Source: Candidatus Krumholzibacteriia bacterium (lineage in GTDB: Bacteria > Krumholzibacteriota > Krumholzibacteriia > JAJRXK01). Taken from it: a stretch of 64,000 bases of DNA. Of the stretch, positions 62,901-64,000 are shown one piece after another; within the stretch, counting starts at the first letter, position 1; every line of letters begins with the position of its first letter. A program made the translations under genes and the position numbers. Under the pieces are notes generated by a model. That model did not search any database and had not been told where the DNA came from. It worked only from the letters and a program-made list of their open reading frames with translations. The stretch spans positions 64,001 through 128,000 of the forward strand of contig JBGPIA010000003.1 in the NCBI GenBank assembly GCA_041484665.1. Reading direction: 5' to 3'.

Positions 62901-64000
62901 GGCCAGATCGTGGTAGGCCAGCAGCAGCGCCTGCTCCTTCTCGGCGATGTTGTTGCGCGTGTCCGGGAATACGGGCGGCACGTAGTCGGGGTTTTCTTTG
63001 TTGTTCACCACGCCCAGCCGGAAGTCCTCGCTGGGCCCCGGCAGCGGGTCGGTGTCGCACAGCGACGTGTCCGGCACGCGCTGGTCGGTAAGATCGCGCA
63101 GCCCATCCGTTCGCCAGCGATTGCCCAGGAAGCGCATCTCGGCGAACTGGATGTCGCGCGTCGGCTCCTTGAGCGTGCCGGTGGGGTCCTCGTACCAGAT
63201 ACGCATCACGCGGATATTGGATAGCTGCGGCTCGACGGAGCCGTAGAGCCCGTCGCGGCTGCGGCGGTCCTGGAGTTTGCGCAGGTCGACGCGGTACTTC
63301 CGCCATGAGTCGCCGCGCTGGGCGGAGGACTGCACGAAGCCGGGAACGTTGGCGTAGTCGCGGTAGACGTCGGCGATGACGTCGGCGTTGTCGGCCAGAT
63401 CGACCTCCAGGCTGAAGTAGCCGTCGGCCAGATCGAGCACGGTGTCGTGGGTGAGATCCTCGGTGTCCAGCCGCTGGTTGCCCTCGGTGCCGTCGATGTA
63501 CGGGAACTCCTCGGTGCCCACCCTCTCGTCGGAGCGGAAGTCATCGGCCGCGCTGTCGTCGCCGGAACCAGGGATCTGCTGCGGGAAGTACGGCGGGCCC
63601 TCCTGCCCGTTGGACTTGCCGTCCAGACCCACGTCCTCCCCGACCGAGATGAGGCCGTCGTTGTCCTTGTCCTCGGTCTGGAACGTGCGGAGCACCAGGG
63701 AGTCGCGCGTGCCGTCCACCGTGCGCAGCCGGGGCCACCAGAAGTCCTCGTTGATGAACCCAAAGTCGAAGTGGAGCTTGCCCTCCCGCGGCGGCGCGGC
63801 GGCGCTGGCGGGGTCGCCGCGCTTGTCGTTGACCCAGAACTCCAGGAACTGGGCCTGGCTCAGGTCGACCGGTGCGGGGAAGCCGCGCATGATCCCGGCA
63901 AACGCGCTGTCCGGCCAGGCCACCCCTCCCGACGCTACGTGCAGCTGCAGCGCCGGTAGGACGTCGTTCTTCTCGGTCTCGCTGAGGGTGGGGTTGATGT
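59955..64000 (-). CDS. sprA: SprA/Sov-like giant outer membrane beta-barrel (T9SS translocon homolog); 5' end beyond window
   Basis: Frame open to the window edge; AGIMR, LEFWV, DFG-INED, TED-DNDG-EDVGLDG, RLDTEDL, KEQAL-L and NEIRL; long amphipathic-strand C-terminus ending in Phe. Confidence 0.8.
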   Translation of the reverse strand, partial: INPTLSETEKNDVLPALQLHVASGGVAWPDSAFAGIMRGFPAPVDLSQAQFLEFWVNDKRGDPASAAAPPREGKLHFDFGFINEDFWWPRLRTVDGTRDSLVLRTFQTEDKDNDGLISVGEDVGLDGKSNGQEGPPYFPQQIPGSGDDSAADDFRSDERVGTEEFPYIDGTEGNQRLDTEDLTHDTVLDLADGYFSLEVDLADNADVIADVYRDYANVPGFVQSSAQRGDSWRKYRVDLRKLQDRRSRDGLYGSVEPQLSNIRVMRIWYEDPTGTLKEPTRDIQFAEMRFLGNRWRTDGLRDLTDQRVPDTSLCDTDPLPGPSEDFRLGVVNNKENPDYVPPVFPDTRNNIAEKEQALLLAYHDLAPGHQLRVRKDIPAPQGQDFSQYSELNFFWRAPLSNGTLDPAQLDLVPYFWVGTDSTNYYEIAFDFRSAERQLTAGYWKQVRVRLADVTNAKFAKPDSVIAPPLRYTVQRGTIADLEDGSTYVVTVRGNPDVRRVKRYYAGVRYPAVGGNAGCAAGPLLTGEILFNEIRLREVDRTVGLAKRVAINTTLPGVGDFGFEWSQTDPEFHGLNAKIGSNVLRRDWQVRAGSKLQSFIPTLGLDIPFSVSTRNSLQLPKFKTNSDIELITAESQDLEKSTSTSTTYNFQIRRTQASRNKLLAYTYDRLSYSRSASRSRDDTPVGNTTRRSYDDRYSYDLSLTSGFTVKIPLLHYEFRYLPNQISLGSNWRFDRSDRIPIIIGLDGTPGTGATQTSVTKGTTNTLTLSYSPMRNLRASYGITSARDRLQQEELLGVNWGKLDNYSERMTLNYTPQLPLIRALQPDVSYTGSYQENRRVPPRAADYLAYADSNLALLHFNNDRDITVRGRVDIGGWIKKRFGGAKRGAPPPAAAQERRQPGRLDTSGRRAPQQPPAPPPGSLGQAPPDTSRIQPSGGPPPGPAGGTQIEPPPSQQQPPPVEGGVPPGPPTGESAGEPQPAQQQPPPPPGEQEKPPPPGEPAGQPAGQSPPGAPQAGAATAGAARPKVDAAGVLKGLVRPFVTFAKEMQPLSANYSLHNSSGFQYMKHRPQFAYQLGFVDHPDFGPTLSSAPDTVQGANPLIVDHGELFSQTEQLSLSSQSKFSNSLSADLSYQERNTSRSGGGRDSRDLSVDWPVASLKLSGVEKWGIFGDMFSSSSFDLSVRRNKSVPNVTAQRYEPRVSMSISPGWNFRFKNELSGNLRLTLSTDRTRTNAKDAVSRRTSANLKLQKSFDAEGTLGFLRFGKKGIGTKIDSTLDITYDRNENFRESEIGQDQNAGQSHLTVVPNFSYQFSRNLRAGFRLNYGFSKDLRQSITTNTFGLGLNATLTF

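Overview
A very GC-rich, gene-dense bacterial chromosomal window, mostly minus-strand. It shows E. coli-type sigma70 promoters (TTGACA-N16/17-TAnnnT) and GGAGG ribosome-binding sites, which argues against Bacteroidota. It also encodes T9SS-type envelope proteins (SprA-like barrel, PorV-like barrels, a CTD-bearing protein), so a non-Bacteroidota FCB-group lineage is likely (inference only). Housekeeping blocks: radC-mreB-mreC, aspartokinase, opp-type ABC genes, gcvT-gcvH-lipoyl ligase, uvrA, asnS, and rimP-nusA-L7Ae-infB-DUF503-rbfA-nrnA-truB-ribF-rpsO-pnp-M16 peptidase. Most interesting: (1) an envelope cluster of TonB-dependent receptor, CTD-bearing protein, PorV-like barrel, GWxTD protein, ExbB-ExbD-ExbD, TolC, ABC ATPase and a second GWxTD protein; (2) a ~390-bp intergenic rod-like inverted repeat (45391-45782) carrying the same asymmetric internal-loop motif nested in both orientations; (3) a glutaminyl-cyclase-like M28 gene coupled to sprA, with several secreted proteins predicted to start with Gln. 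I saw no rRNA, tRNA, CRISPR array, transposase or integrase. All calls come from reading motifs by eye, no searches were run, and several start codons are uncertain.
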